Source: Octopus vulgaris (Eukaryota). From it: 64,000 nt of DNA. The notes under the pieces were generated by a model. That model saw only the letters and a program-made list of their open reading frames with translations. It had not been told where the DNA came from and ran no database searches. The stretch is from NCBI GenBank assembly GCA_951406725.2, contig OX597831.1, positions 23,622,001 to 23,686,000 on the forward strand, in the 5' to 3' direction. Shown here piece after piece: positions 14,014 through 26,690 of the stretch; the stretch's first letter is position 1, and each line of letters begins with the position of its first letter. The position numbers and the translations under genes are program-made.

Positions 14014-14422
14014 GGCGTAGGAGTGGCTGTGTGGTAAGTAGCTCACTTACGAACCACATGGTTCTGGGTTCAGTCCTACTGCAGAGAATCTTGGGCAAGT
14101 ATCTTCAACCATAGCCTTGGGCTAACCAAAGCCTTGTGAGTGGATTTGGTAGACGGAAACTGAAAGAAGCCCATCGTATATATGTATATGTACATATATG
14201 TATGTGTGTGTGTATATGTTTGTGTGTCTGTGTTTGTCCCCCCCATCATCACTTGACAACCGATGCTAGTGTGTTTACATCGCTGCAACTTAGCGGTTCG
14301 ACAAAAAGGACCACTAGAATAAGTACTAGGCTTACAAAGAATAAGTCCTGGAGTCAATTTGCTCAACTAAAGGCGGTGCTCCAGTATGGCCACAGTCAAA
14401 TGACTGAAACAAGTAAAAGAGT
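14014..14422 (+). mobile_element. SINE S1, full length (tRNA-derived head, CORE-like cttgggcaagt segment, internal microsatellite)
   Basis: A-box tggctgtgtgg and B-box-like ggttcagtcc. More than 12 related copies in the window. A diverged relative follows at 14430-14756. Confidence 0.9.
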
Positions 14423-15364
14423 ATATTTATGCAGGTGTGGTTGTGTGGTAAGCAGCTTGCTTCCCAAGCACATGGTTCTGGGTTCAGTCTCATTGCTAGG
14501 CAAGCGTCTTTTACTATAGTCTTGAGTTGACTATAAAAAGAGCTTTGAGTGTATTTGGTAGATGGAAATAGAAACAAGCTTGACAACCAGTGTTGATATA
14601 TTTATGTATTCATGACTTAGCAATTTGAGAAAAGAAAATGACAGAATAAGTACCAGACTTGAAAAATAAGTATTGGGGTCGATTCAGTCAACTAAAAATT
14701 CTTCAAGGCACTGCCCCCAACTTAACCACAGTCTAATAACTGAAGCAAGTAAAAGAATTAATTGAACCAAAAATACCGAACACAAAAATATTTTAGAGGC
14801 AATACTAAGCCACTGTTGTTGACAATAATTTTATAAAATTATCCATTATTGATCAGGTTTAAATCAAATTTAACCCATATTTCTTATGCATAACATTGGC
14901 TTTGTTAATTTTACATTCAAATGATCTGAAGAGAAAAATCATGGTTGACACACACTTAACACATGTATGAACATTTGTATTTTGGGTGTGAATGAATCTT
15001 ACGCAGTGTTCTTTTTATTTTGTTTTGCAAAATTCTTTGAGAAAAGTGCCTAATATTGATTTTTTACAATATTGTTCTCACAGTGATAAATGTATAATTT
15101 TCATCCAAATTGACCATGCCAATTTTGCATCATAATTGCAGACTTCACCCAATTTCTTCACCTCCCCCACCACCACACATCCAGTGTCAATTATGGAAAC
15201 ACCTCGTATATATCAGTATGAAATTTCAAAAAGAATAATGTGTAGATAGATGGTGAATATCAAAATAAAGAGAATATGTTTCTGTGTGCTTGTGTGCATC
15301 TGTGAAACATAAGTGGGCTACGAAAAGAAGAGGGTTATCTTTACAATTCATGCATGCATATATA

Positions 15365-15690
15365 GTTTAGGAGTGTGGTTAAGTCATTAGGGTTATTCAA
15401 CTCATGATTGTGAAGTTGTGAGTTCAATTCCCAATGGTGTGTTGTGACCTTTTACAAGACACTTTATTTCATATTGCTCCAGTCCACTCCGAATGCAAAC
15501 TAAATTTGTACCAGTAATTCAAAGGGCCAGCCTTGTCAGATTTGGTGCAGTGTGCTGAATCTACTTGAGAACTACATTAAGGGTACATGTGTCTAAGGAA
15601 TGCTCAGCTGCTTGCACAGTAGTTTAACAAGCACGTTGTTCCGGTGGTCATATCAACTAGAACACTTGTCATCATAATCATTGGCGAGCC
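15365..15690 (+). mobile_element. Diverged SINE with S3-type tail
   Basis: tRNA-like head (gtgtggttaag...gagttcaattccc) and tail gagaactacattaagggtacatgtgtc...tgctcagc shared with 40861-41246. Confidence 0.65.
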
Positions 15691-15692
15691 AG

Positions 15693-15724
<32 letters not shown>

Positions 15725-15729
<5 letters not shown>

Positions 15730-15888
15730 GATGGGCTTCTTTTAGTCTCCATCTACCAAATCTACTCAAAAGGCTTTGGTCAGCCTGAAGCTATAGTAGA
15801 AGACACTTACCCAAGGTGCCATGCAGTGGGACTGAACCCGGCACCATGTGGTTTGTAAGCAAGCTACTTACCACACAGCCACTCCTGC
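15725..15888 (-). mobile_element. SINE S1 5' half
   Basis: Reverse complement of the S1 head. Confidence 0.85.
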
Positions 15889-15938
15889 ACTCATATATAC
15901 ACACATATATACATACATACATACACACACACACACAT

Positions 15939-15971
<33 letters not shown>

Positions 15972-16196
15972 ATTCGTTATAGGATTCAATAGAATGTAGG
16001 CACATCAAGAAATATGATGCTGGAAATGGCTAGGTAAAATAACATAGGGTTCGCAGTGAGGTAAAACAACCATGAAGGTATCAGGTGTTGGTAAGATACT
16101 GAAAATATATTGATGTAACAAATCTAATTTAAACTGTAGCTCTAAGTCAGGGAAGGTTCTAGGTATGGTATGTCTATCTATTTCTTTACCCATAAT

Positions 16197-16431
16197 CCTA
16201 TTTCTTTACTGCCCATAAGGGGCTATACACAGGGGGGGGACAAACAAGGACAGATAAATGGATTTAAGTCGATTATATCGACCCCAGGGCATAACTGGTA
16301 TCTATTTAATCGACCCCGAAAGATGAAAGGCTAAGTCGACCTCAGCAGAACTTGAACTCAGAACATAACGGCAGACGAAATGCCACTAATTATTTCGCCC
16401 GGCGTGCTAACACTACTGCCAGCTCGCTGCC
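16197..16431 (-). mobile_element. SINE S2, full length
   Basis: Reverse complement of the S2 consensus. Confidence 0.88.
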
Positions 16432-16809
16432 CTAATCTGTCAGTAAAAACATTTTGAGAGGAGAAATGTATCAAAATACAAAGTTAACTTGGATACAAAA
16501 CTGTTTATCTTATCAATGACCCTATAAAAAGTCCAGCTATCGACATCATCAACCAGAAGTGAACTATAGCGGATCAAGTTTACCCAGGTTAAACAGACTA
16601 GCAACAGCTAAGATATGAGATATTAAAATGTGAGACATCACAAATGTTTGACTCACCTATATTTAGTGGTAGATAACTTAGCAGAGAGCATCAGCAAACA
16701 TTATAGAGAGCAATATTTGAAGGTGTGAATATAGAGATGTTTGTCAAATACATTAGGACCATGAATTCTGCAGAAGGCAGCTATGATAATGCTCTACCGA
16801 GTATGAAGT

Positions 16810-17430
16810 TTTAGACACACACGCACATACATACACACATACACACACATGCACAAACACATGTGCATACACACACACATATATAGATACATATATTTAC
16901 ATTCACATATGTATATATATATAAATGTACACACACATGCATGCATATACACACACATGCACATGCACACACATATATATAGATACATATATTTACATTC
17001 ACACATATATATAAATGCACACACACACACATGCGCATACATATACACTCACACACATGCACAAACACATGCGCATGCACACACACATATATAGATACAT
17101 ATATTTACATTCACACATATATATAAATGCACACACACACACACGTGCATGCATATACACACACACATGCACAAACACATATATAGATACATATAGTTAT
17201 ATTCACACATATATATAAATGTACACACACACACACACATGCATATACACACACACACATGCATATACACACACACACACGCACAAACACATGCGCATGC
17301 ACACACACACATATATAGATACATATATTTATATTCACATATATAAATAAATGTACACACACACAAACACACACACACACTCACACACATGTGCACACAC
17401 ACACACATATATGCATATATAAGCATATCT
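16810..17430. repeat. AC/AT-derived minisatellite with a ~95-130 bp higher-order unit
   Basis: The motif gatacatatatttacattcac (or close variants) recurs at about 16886, 16982, 17094, 17186 and 17318. Confidence 0.85.
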
Positions 17431-17480
17431 ATGTCAGTATGAAAATCAAATGTTGAATGAGGATGATGATGACGATGATG

Positions 17481-17528
<48 letters not shown>

Positions 17529-17751
17529 TGTACATGGACAAACAACATGTATATTGGTCTGGAAAAAAAGTGGTTTTATGAACCAGTTTCATTGCTGCCC
17601 TTTACAGAAGTCTTCGTCTTAATGCATGTGTCTATTTATTTGTGTACTTAACAATCTAAATCTGAATTACCTGTTAATCTACCTGTTTATATTTTTCTTT
17701 TACTATTTAGTTAGAACTAGGAAAACAGATTCCATGGCTTATACAGCTCCC

Positions 17752-17794
<43 letters not shown>

Positions 17795-17934
17795 AGCTAA
17801 TGAGGTTCATCCTCAGTGATCATTGTTTAGATTATCTCCCTTTTTTCCTATAGAGCTGGTCTCAATTACCATTTGGTAATTGTGACATCGCCTCTAGAGG
17901 TGGAGATAATTATAATAAATAAATCTATAGTATA

Positions 17935-18101
17935 GGCGTAGGAGTAGCTGTGTGGTAAGTAGCTTGTTTACGAACCATATGGTACCGGGTTCAGTCTCAC
18001 TGCATGGCACCTTGGGCAAGTGTCTTCTACTATAGTCTCGGGCCGACCTAAGCTTTGTGAGTGGATTTGGTAGACAGAAACTGAAAGAAGCTCGTCGTAT
18101 A

Positions 18102-18136
<35 letters not shown>

Positions 18137-18355
18137 GTGTGTGTGTATATGTTTGTGTGTCTGTGTTTGTCCCCCAACATCGCTTGATGACTGATGCTGG
18201 TGTGTTTATGTCCCTGTAACTTAGCAGTTCGGTAAAAGAGACCGATAGAATAAGAGCTAGGCTTACAAAGAATAAGTTCTGGGATCGATATGCTCGACCA
18301 AAGGCGGTGCTGCAGCATGGCCGCAGTCAAATGACTGAAACAAGCAAAAGAGTAA
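17935..18355 (+). mobile_element. SINE S1, full length
   Basis: Complete head, body and tail as at 14014. Confidence 0.9.
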
Positions 18356-18660
18356 TATATGCTGTATGGTATTTGATATGACTGTATTTGGCTATTTTGT
18401 TCATATATGTGCAGTTGGTCACTCTTAGCTGTTTCTCTAAAACCATTTAGGAAATCTAAGCTTTTGTTACATGATACTCATAAGAAAATACAGTAGCCAT
18501 TAGCTGCCCAGAGCAAAGATACGAGGGTCGATAACATTATCGTAAAACTAACATTAAAGGCATATCAGACAACTGAACAAAATGCTTAACAGAATCCTTC
18601 CAGCTTTACATTCTGAGTTCAAAAACCACTGAGGCTAGCTTTATCATTCTTTTAGAGTTA

Positions 18661-19152
18661 AATAATAATAATAATGAAATTATTGTATACAGTGCTCAGG
18701 TGCACCACAACTTGTCAAAAGTGTGTATAAAGCATATGCAGTAATGTACAAATGACTGGGAAGTGAACAGTGCATGAGTCAGATACATGCTTGCGTGTGT
18801 ATGGAGGGGAGAAAATCCGGTGTAGTGTTGGCGAATCTCAGGAAGCATGGAAGTTTTGAAGGATGCAGTGCTCCGACAACTAACAACTGATTCCGGCAGT
18901 TTGTTCCATACTTCAGCAACTCTTAGCGTGAAAAAATATTTCCAAAAGTCATGGGAGCTGTGCTGGTTTCTGACTTTGTAAACATGTCTACGGGTGTTAG
19001 ACAGGTGGAGTTTGAAAAGGTGTTCAGAGTTATTGTTTGTAAGATGGTTAATAATTTTATGGGTGTCTGCCAAGTCAGCTGCCAGACGTCGGAGTTTCAA
19101 TGTATCCATGCCCAGGGAAGTAAGGCGTTCAGAATATGGCAAATGCCTGATG
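18661..19152 (-). mobile_element. 5'-truncated CR1/L2-group LINE with (TTA)n tail
   Basis: ORF LPYSERLTSLGMDTLKLRRLAADL...FFTLRVAEVWNKLP is a CR1-type ORF2 C-terminus. Different family from 9859. Confidence 0.9.
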
Positions 19153-20184
19153 GAGGATAAAATAAGTACCAGTTGACCAATGGGGTTGATGTATTCAACT
19201 AGCCCCGCCCACGAAAATTTCAAGCAATTTGCCTGTAGCAGAAAGAATTATTTTTAAGTAGTGCATGTAAATTATTTCAAGGTATTGTTTGCATTATAAT
19301 GAGGTACAAAGACACAGAATATTAGCAAAAGGGAAGAATATGAACATTCCTCTCCTGTCAGCCTTCGTAGTGTTTCTGGGCTCAAACTTCACTCATGAAG
19401 GCTTTGACTGACTTAGTGCTATGGAAGAATACAGCTGCTGAAGTTTTCATGGAATGGGATTAAACCTGAAATGTGTAATTGGATTTCATATTCTTTAAGC
19501 AGACAGTCTTCTTTACACTCATTAAACAATATATTGTCCTGGGGAGGAATGAATTTTGTAGTATTGTCCCACAAATTTTCTGAAAAATATCAGAGTGATT
19601 TCCGTTTAATTATGCCTCATCAGCCTCCATTTAAACCTGGCATTGTGGTGAGAGATAATAGCTTAGAGCTATTGTAGAATGTATTGGCTGGCTTAAAACT
19701 GCGTAAGCCAATTTACATATTAGAGTTAGTTTGACAACTGTTAAAAAATTCTTTCAACCGAACACTGTATGAATACTAAAATATTCAGTATATTGATTTT
19801 TAAACTTTCTTTTTATTTACTTTTCACTGTGTATTTGGTGAAAAAGAATTTAGAAAACAATGTTTGAATGAATAAGTAAATTGAACTAGTAATTCATACA
19901 TTACACATTAATATTCTCCGACAGACATTTTTATGGTGTCTTGCTGGGCTGGAGCACTTATTTTTATCTCCATTATTGAACTCACCTTTGCATGAAGATA
20001 GAGAATTTATTTGTGTTTGTGGTTGATCCCTGCTCCAGAAGATATATGACCAAATGATTTCAAGCTGTGACTGTCTGTATTTTAGTCATTATTTGTCTCG
20101 GTCTATATTATCCAATGTCGCCTCCTTTCTTTTTAAAGATTGTATTACATGATTTGATGAAGATTTGGTTGCTATTTCTAAAAG

Positions 20185-20586
20185 GGCGTAAGAGCGGCTG
20201 TGTGGTATGCAGCTTGCTTACAAACCACATGGTTCCGGGTTCAGTCCCACTGCGTGGCACCTTGGGCAAGCGTCTTCGACTATAGCCTCAGGCCGACCAA
20301 AGCCTTGTGAGTGGATTTGGTAGACGGAAACTGAAAGAAGCCCGTCGTATATATGTATATATATGTGTGTATGTATGTTTGTGTGTCTGTGTTTGTCCCC
20401 CTACATCACTTGACAACCAATGCTGGTGTGTTTATGTCTCTGTAACTTTGCGGTTTGGCAAAAGAGATCGATAAAATAAGTACTAGGCTTACAAAGAATA
20501 AGTCCTGGGGTCGATTTCCTTGACTAAAGGCGGTGCTCCAGCATGGCCACAGTCAAATGACTGAAACAAGTAAAAGAGTAAAAGAG
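20185..20586 (+). mobile_element. SINE S1, full length
   Basis: Complete copy retaining several CpGs, inserted into an older dispersed repeat (ttggttgctatttcta). Confidence 0.9.
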
Positions 20587-21290
20587 ATGTTTTGTTCTGT
20601 TTAGTGACATTCTTTTATGCCTTCAATTAAAATCTATTCAAATCAGTTTTATTTTTTTGTCCCCATAGGCCAGATTCACATAATGATAAGCATTATATGA
20701 ATATATTTCCAGACCACAATATTCCAAAGGCTGGCACTAATGCTGGGTTCTATTGTGTCAAATGGAAGGAAGATATATTTCCCTTTCAGCTCTTGATAGC
20801 ATAGCAAGCTATTGCAGCTATATTTTTCCCAAATAGAGATGCAGGACATTATATTATAGTAGCACCTATTTATTTCTGAGCAAGCCAACAATGAAACCTC
20901 TTGATTCTCAACTTATTAGAAATAGCAGCTAAACCTTCCTCAAATCACACCCAGCTACCTTAAAAAGGGTAAGTCACATTAGAAAATGTAGTCCTTGATA
21001 TTTTGCCTGAAAATTAGAAGGTTGGAACCTTTGATAATTAGTTCAATTGCTGCGAGATTATCTGGGACTAATCAACAAATTATTGAAAGATGAATTTGAG
21101 CATTGAGAAATAAGCACCTTAACCATGAATCGATTGTAGTACCAAGGATATGGTACAGAGCACTGAGCACTTGTCTGATTAGTCATTAGTCTCTGTTCCA
21201 GCCCTTTGAGTTAGTCATTTCAATGGTTGATTCCATTGGCTCCTTCCATTTCTCTATGAAAATTATCAACATTTTGTTATTCTTGAGAAT

Positions 21291-21506
21291 AATCTTTTCT
21301 ACTCTAGGCACAAGGCCTGAAATTTTTGGGAGAGGATTAAGTCAGTTAGATCGACCCCAGTACACAACTAGCACTTAATTTATCAACCCCAAAAGAATGC
21401 AAGTCAAAGTCGACCTCGGTGGAATTCGAACTCAGGACGTAACAGTAGGCAAAATACCATGAAGCATTTCACCCGGTGTGCTAACATTTCTGCCAGCTTG
21501 CCACCT
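21291..21506 (-). mobile_element. SINE S2 variant with the alternative tail (aggccttgtgcctagagtagaaaag)
   Basis: S2 head and Meta-like core with a different 3' end. Same variant at 29925-30145, 38920-39095 and 46370-46510. Confidence 0.8.
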
Positions 21507-21764
21507 TAAATAATAGTACTATTGGATACAGTGTTTTAGTATACTAATCCCTGTTTCTTTAAATTTATAATAGAAGAATTATACATACAGCACAGGATTA
21601 AGGTTAGTTGATACCCCAAGAATAGCACAACAATGGTTCTTTTTCAGCTCTTCCATTGTTTAACTGATGAGATGAGGATCATAGTTTTTATGTGTACTTT
21701 TTCTTTACTGGCATGAATTAAACAAGAACTTTCAAGGCAATATTGTACATTTGGATAAGCAGCA

Positions 21765-22064
21765 ATGCTCGAATGTTTTTTTCACGTGTCACTGGCACAA
21801 GTGCCAGTAAGGTGGTGTTGGTAACGATCATGCTCGAATGGTGCCTTTTACATGCCACCGGCACAGAAGCCAGTTTGCCGCTCTAACAATGATCATGTTC
21901 GGATGGTGCTCTTAGCACTTAACTTGCACGGATACCAGTCATCAAATTTGATTTCGATTTCTTTTCCGATTTCACTTGCTTCAACAGGTCTTTGCAAGCA
22001 GAGTTTAGTGTCCAATGAAGGAAGGTATGCATAAGTGGGCTGGTTACACCCCTGGCATAGGTCC
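21765..22064 (-). mobile_element. Family S4 (RTE-tailed retroposon), 5' part
   Basis: Matches 46575-47000 in reverse (ccttcattggacactaaactctgcttgc) and carries the gtgccaccggcac units. Confidence 0.75.
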
Positions 22065-22707
22065 CCTGCCCCCACATATATATATATATATACACATATA
22101 TATCTGTATATGTACATATACAGAGATATGTATATAGTTGTATATATTCATATATATATATATATACATTATCTAGATATTTACATATATGTGTGTGTTT
22201 GTGTTTGATGGTCTTCAGTACAATTTTCATTGACCAAATTTCACCTATAATGCTTTGCTCAGCATGTGACTATAGTAAAAGACACTTGTCCAAGGTGACA
22301 TTGAACAAGAAAGTATGTTGTTCTGAAGCAGACTTCTTAATCAGATATAACAAGTGCTGAATTTGAAATTATAGATTAGAAACTCGGTTTTCTTTGATAC
22401 CATTTGCCAATTCAAACCCAACGATTATATTAAATACAGTCTATTTTATTTTCTTATTTCATTTGTCTCACACCAAATGCTAATAAGCATTATAAATAAT
22501 TTATGATCAAGGCAAGAGAAATAATGAAAATTTTTCGCACATTTTTACACATTAAAAAAATATGTTTTAAAGGAAAAATATGAACGCAAAATGTTATTCA
22601 TATTTTTAAGATCATCCATTAAAATACCTAATAGTTTAATAAATAACTTAAATTGGTTTATTACATTTCTAAATATATCAGAGAGATATAAGCAGTAGTG
22701 GTACGAT

Positions 22708-23097
22708 AGAGTAGTTGTATACTGTCAACTTAATGTGACAGTCCCATGAAGGGAATCACACCACTGCTATTTAGCCCTAGGAAGCATTAACGCTTCCTGT
22801 CAGCCTTGACACATTTCTTGTGCCCTTACGTTTACAAGGGGGAGACAAGCACCCCCACCCAGCTAAGCCTGCACCCAGAGACTAGTTTCTGAGTCTTGCT
22901 TGTCATCAGTCTGGAGTAGCATGGCCTGCTAGTTGGAGATGCTTGTCTAGGCCTTGTAAGCATATAAGAATTCTAGTGAAATAAATCCACTGATTACAAG
23001 GCCGACAGGAAGCGTTGATGCTTCCTAGGGCTAAATAGCAGTGGTGTGATTCCCTTCATGGGATTGCCACATTAAATTGACAATACACAACTACTCT
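22708..23097. mobile_element. Fold-back element with ~100-bp inverted arms and an internal hammerhead motif (Penelope-like remnant)
   Basis: Arms 22708-22808 and 22997-23097 are near-perfect reverse complements. Confidence 0.85.
22875..22914 (-). ncRNA. Minimal type-I hammerhead ribozyme motif (stem II partly decayed)
   Basis: CCAGA-CUGAUGA-caagcaagacuca-GAAA-CUAG-UC-UCUGG: 5-bp stem I, intact core, palindromic CUAG in helix III. Confidence 0.7.
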
Positions 23098-23361
23098 TTA
23101 AATTTGTTTATTTTAAATAAAAACTAAAATATTGTACCAGCTGAGGCTAAGGATGATTCACATTTGTTATGTATTCTATTTAACATCTTTTTACTGAATC
23201 TTTATTCAGTTTGTTTATCTAAAATATTTTCCTTCGTTTTGTAACAATAAAGCAAGAACAAGAAAAGCAAAATAACAAAGCTTTTAAATTTGTAGAAAAT
23301 CCTTCATAGTTCAGGTGCAAAGGTCCATTCTCAAGTGGAAGCAGTCCAAGAAATGTCTAGT

Positions 23362-23570
23362 AACCGTAAATCCTCGAGTATAATCCGTTTTTTTTTTCCA
23401 AAATTTAAAGGTCAATATCCCTAATGCATACTATATAAGAGGTTAAAAATGAAAAATATTTTCTAAGCAATGTCCGCGTCTCTATTTGCTGTCCGGCAAT
23501 GTTTATTAAGATGCATTTTGTGATGTCAGGTGCAAAAATACCTGAAGCTAAGCCTGAAAGCAATGAAGTC
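23362..23570 (+). mobile_element. Tc1/pogo-like DNA transposon end fragment
   Basis: Begins accgtaaatcctcgagtataatccg, a pogo/Tigger-type terminal motif. The other end was not found. Confidence 0.45.
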
Positions 23571-24211
23571 ATAAAAGAATCATCTATAACTTGCAGTCAG
23601 CAGAAGTTCGTCATAACCTTCTGCTGAAGTCGCGTGGAACTTAGGTGTTTCACTCATAAACACACGCATTACCCGGTCTGATATTTGAACCTACGATCTC
23701 TCAACTGCAAGTCCACAGCTCTAACCACTAAGCCATGTGCCTCCACAAGAATGGTTATAATATATATGTATTTCAAAATGTTTCAGACATTTTGATTATC
23801 AGCATTGCTCAGGACTATTTAACCAAAGTTATGTAAACTGCAGATAATGTTACTCGTTAGTATAAAACAATAGAAGCTTCCACTCACTAACACATACCTT
23901 TATTTTACTGACAGCTACTAAACAGTCACTGACTTACTTTAGAGTGAGTCATTGAACTTGCTCTGTGTATCTGTCTCAAATTCAAATTTATTTTAGCATC
24001 AAGTTTAAAAAATATGATTAAACTCTTCAATAATTTTATAAACTTTATAAACGGATACACACATGCACAAACACACCCACACACATACAGACACACATAC
24101 ACATACCCACTCATATATAAATATGCATGTATCCTGCCTTTTAGAATAAGTGTACTGTATTCCTACATGGAAAAGCAAGCATATGATAGCTAGCTAATTA
24201 CCTAGGTAGAA

Positions 24212-24255
<44 letters not shown>

Positions 24256-24324
24256 GATTAACTTATATAGATACATATGCATAAACACGTGCATATAAAT
24301 ACACACACACACACACACACATAT

Positions 24325-24600
24325 ATTATTTACATTTGATAGATATTTGTCTTCATCTTGTTTGTTGTTAATACAATGTTTCAGCTGATATACCACCCAG
24401 ACTTCATCAGGTGTCTTGGGGAAATTTAAAACCCACATTCATCAAAAAATACTTTAGGAATGAGAACGCAGGTTCAAAATTCCCCTAAGACACCTGATGA
24501 AGGCTGGAGGATATATCAGCTGAAACTATGTGTTAACAACAAACAAGATGAGGAAAAATATCCATCATTTGTAAATAATAGAAATAACGTAAAATAATGT
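24325..24600. mobile_element. Inverted pair of 5'-truncated family H tails
   Basis: 24325-24436 (minus) and 24440-24600 (plus), each with gacac-CTGATGA...cagct-GAAA (HHR-like at 24370-24415 minus and 24489-24534 plus). Confidence 0.85.
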
Positions 24601-24781
24601 CCAAAATGTCTTGTTTGCTTTATTTTTTCCACCCATAGTGTTAAGATCCCAGCAAAAATGAATTGTAATATGTGGTTTCAGGAATTTCTTTCTGGTTTGG
24701 ACCTGAGTCACCATATCCCAGTTGCCATGTGTTTTCATATGAGATCATGCTGAATCGTTTCTGACTTTGGGTAGAAGAAGA

Positions 24782-24959
24782 TACAAGAGGATCAGTTAAT
24801 TATGATTTTATTCAACATATTCACTTCTCAAATTCACACACTTATTGCAATGGTCCTTCAATTATTCTAAGCCCCGTAAAAGAACTCCGAAGGTTGGGCT
24901 TCCAACCTGGTCTTTTGCAACACCCTTAAAGCCAGGAAATTTTCAGGACCCCTTTGTAC
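24782..24959. mobile_element. Decayed mariner-type MITE
   Basis: The right end aaagccaggaaattttcaggacccctttgta resembles a mariner TIR ending at TA; the left end tacaagagg is a short match. Confidence 0.45.
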
Positions 24960-26277
24960 ATCCCCTGACATATAGCACAAGCAGATCTTAACACATAGGA
25001 ACTGATCTTTAGTAATATGGCAGTGCTCCATTAATTTTCCCACTATTCCGTAAGGAAGTCTGTGAATGTCTAATTTGGTGAAATTTAAAACTAGTTTTTG
25101 TTGCTGGCAGATTTTGATGGTTTACAAGAATACTAAAGGTTTCCTCATTTATCAGACCAAAATATTTCTTTAAAAGATTGCAACTGGCATTTTCAAATGA
25201 CAAAGATAATATTTTTGTTTGAATTATTTCAGTATTTGAACTATAGTTCGAACAAGTTGAATCAAAACAAATTGGTTTGTGTCTTGCCAACGTAAACCAT
25301 TTTTCTTTAATTTACAAAGATTCTGTAATTGTTATTGTTGCTGCCACTGCTTCTATTGTTGTTGACTATCTGGGTATTCAGCTCTGTTCAAGTTGACCTT
25401 TGACTCTGATGTAGCTAATCAAAAGAAGTGAAAGATAACAAAATCCCACTGTCAGTAGTTCTAACCATAGCAATTTTATTATTTCAAACATATTATTGCA
25501 TATCTTGGCACAACAATTGATTCTAATAGATACAAGCTCTCTACTATAAATATTTTTAAAAATCTTTACTTTTTCCCACTGACTTAGAATATTATTCCAT
25601 TAGTGCAGCTCATATGATATATGAGTAGATTATTTTTATGGCATCCCAATTTTCATGAGGCAGCCACCAAGCACTTGTAAACTACTAAATGTTGAAATAT
25701 TTTATGTATATTACTTAACATAATTCCTAGCGGTATATTACAAGTGTGTTACTTCTGTTTGGTTTATTATCCTCAGAAGTTAAAAATGGCGAAATTGATA
25801 TAGGAAAAGATTCTAAATTCATAATTTACATTAAGAAGTCTTAGACACTGTGATGCATTTAATCTGATGTTCTATAGTTGGTCATCTTCAACATCTCTTA
25901 TGCAGGAAAATCCTAACTGCCAAAGCTCACTTTCTTCACGGTACATTAATCTTGCCCCAAATTTCAGATGTAACTTCCCCTGCAGTTCACCAACTGTATA
26001 TGAAATACCAGAAGCTGCTTCTGTCAGGACTCATACTCACAGTATTTAAACAAATTACATCAGCTTTGTCTATATTTTGTAAATTTTATGTATTTTAATT
26101 TCCCATTAGAGAGGTGTTTCTTTGCCATGTCTACCTTGCTCGCTCTATTTATTTCACTCGCAGCCTTCTTCTGGTGTATTATTGAAAATGTGCAAACATT
26201 CAGTGTTGAACTACTTTTGCTACCAATACCAGCCGACTTCATTATGCTCCTAAAAAGATAAAGTACAACATATCTAA

Positions 26278-26513
26278 TACATTATTTACATTTGATGGAT
26301 ATTTGTCCTCATCTTGTTTGTTGTTAACACATTTCGGCTGATATACCCTCCAGCTTTCATCAGGTGCTTTTGGGGAAATTTTAGACCCGGGTTCTCATTC
26401 CTAAAGTATTTTTTGATGTTATTATTATTACTATTGTTCAGGTCACTGCTTGGAATCGAACTCGGAATCTTGGGGTTAGTAGCCCGTGCTCTTAACCACT
26501 ACGCCATATGCCC
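26278..26513 (-). mobile_element. Family H element, full copy with the best-preserved tRNA head
   Basis: Head gggcatatggcgtagtggttaagagcacgggctactaaccccaagattccgagttcgattcc (A box TGGCGTAGTGG, B box GAGTTCGATTCC); tail CTGATGA-a-agctg..cagcc-GAAA. Confidence 0.88.
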
Positions 26514-26690
26514 ATGGACAATATTTTTACTATGTTACTGATTGGACCATGCCCATTCTGGAGCACTGCTTTCAAGGGTTTAGTCGAATCATACTCACCT
26601 CTATACTTATTTGAGCTTGGTGTTAATTTTATCATCATCTATTTGTCAAACTCCTTAGTTATATAACATAAATGTACACAGTTTGTGCAA

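Noticed and set aside
19590-19630. Minus-strand CUGAUGA...GAAA
   Set aside because: No credible stem I or stem II.
20669-20968. Plus-strand exon-like segment with strong acceptor and GTAAGT donor
   Set aside because: All three frames hit stops and the donor lies in a dispersed repeat; it cannot be supported as coding.
26440-26513. tRNA gene calls for SINE heads (also 41170-41246, 50764-50840, 61717-61800)
   Set aside because: A and B boxes are present but cloverleaf stems are imperfect, and each head is fused to a repeat body.
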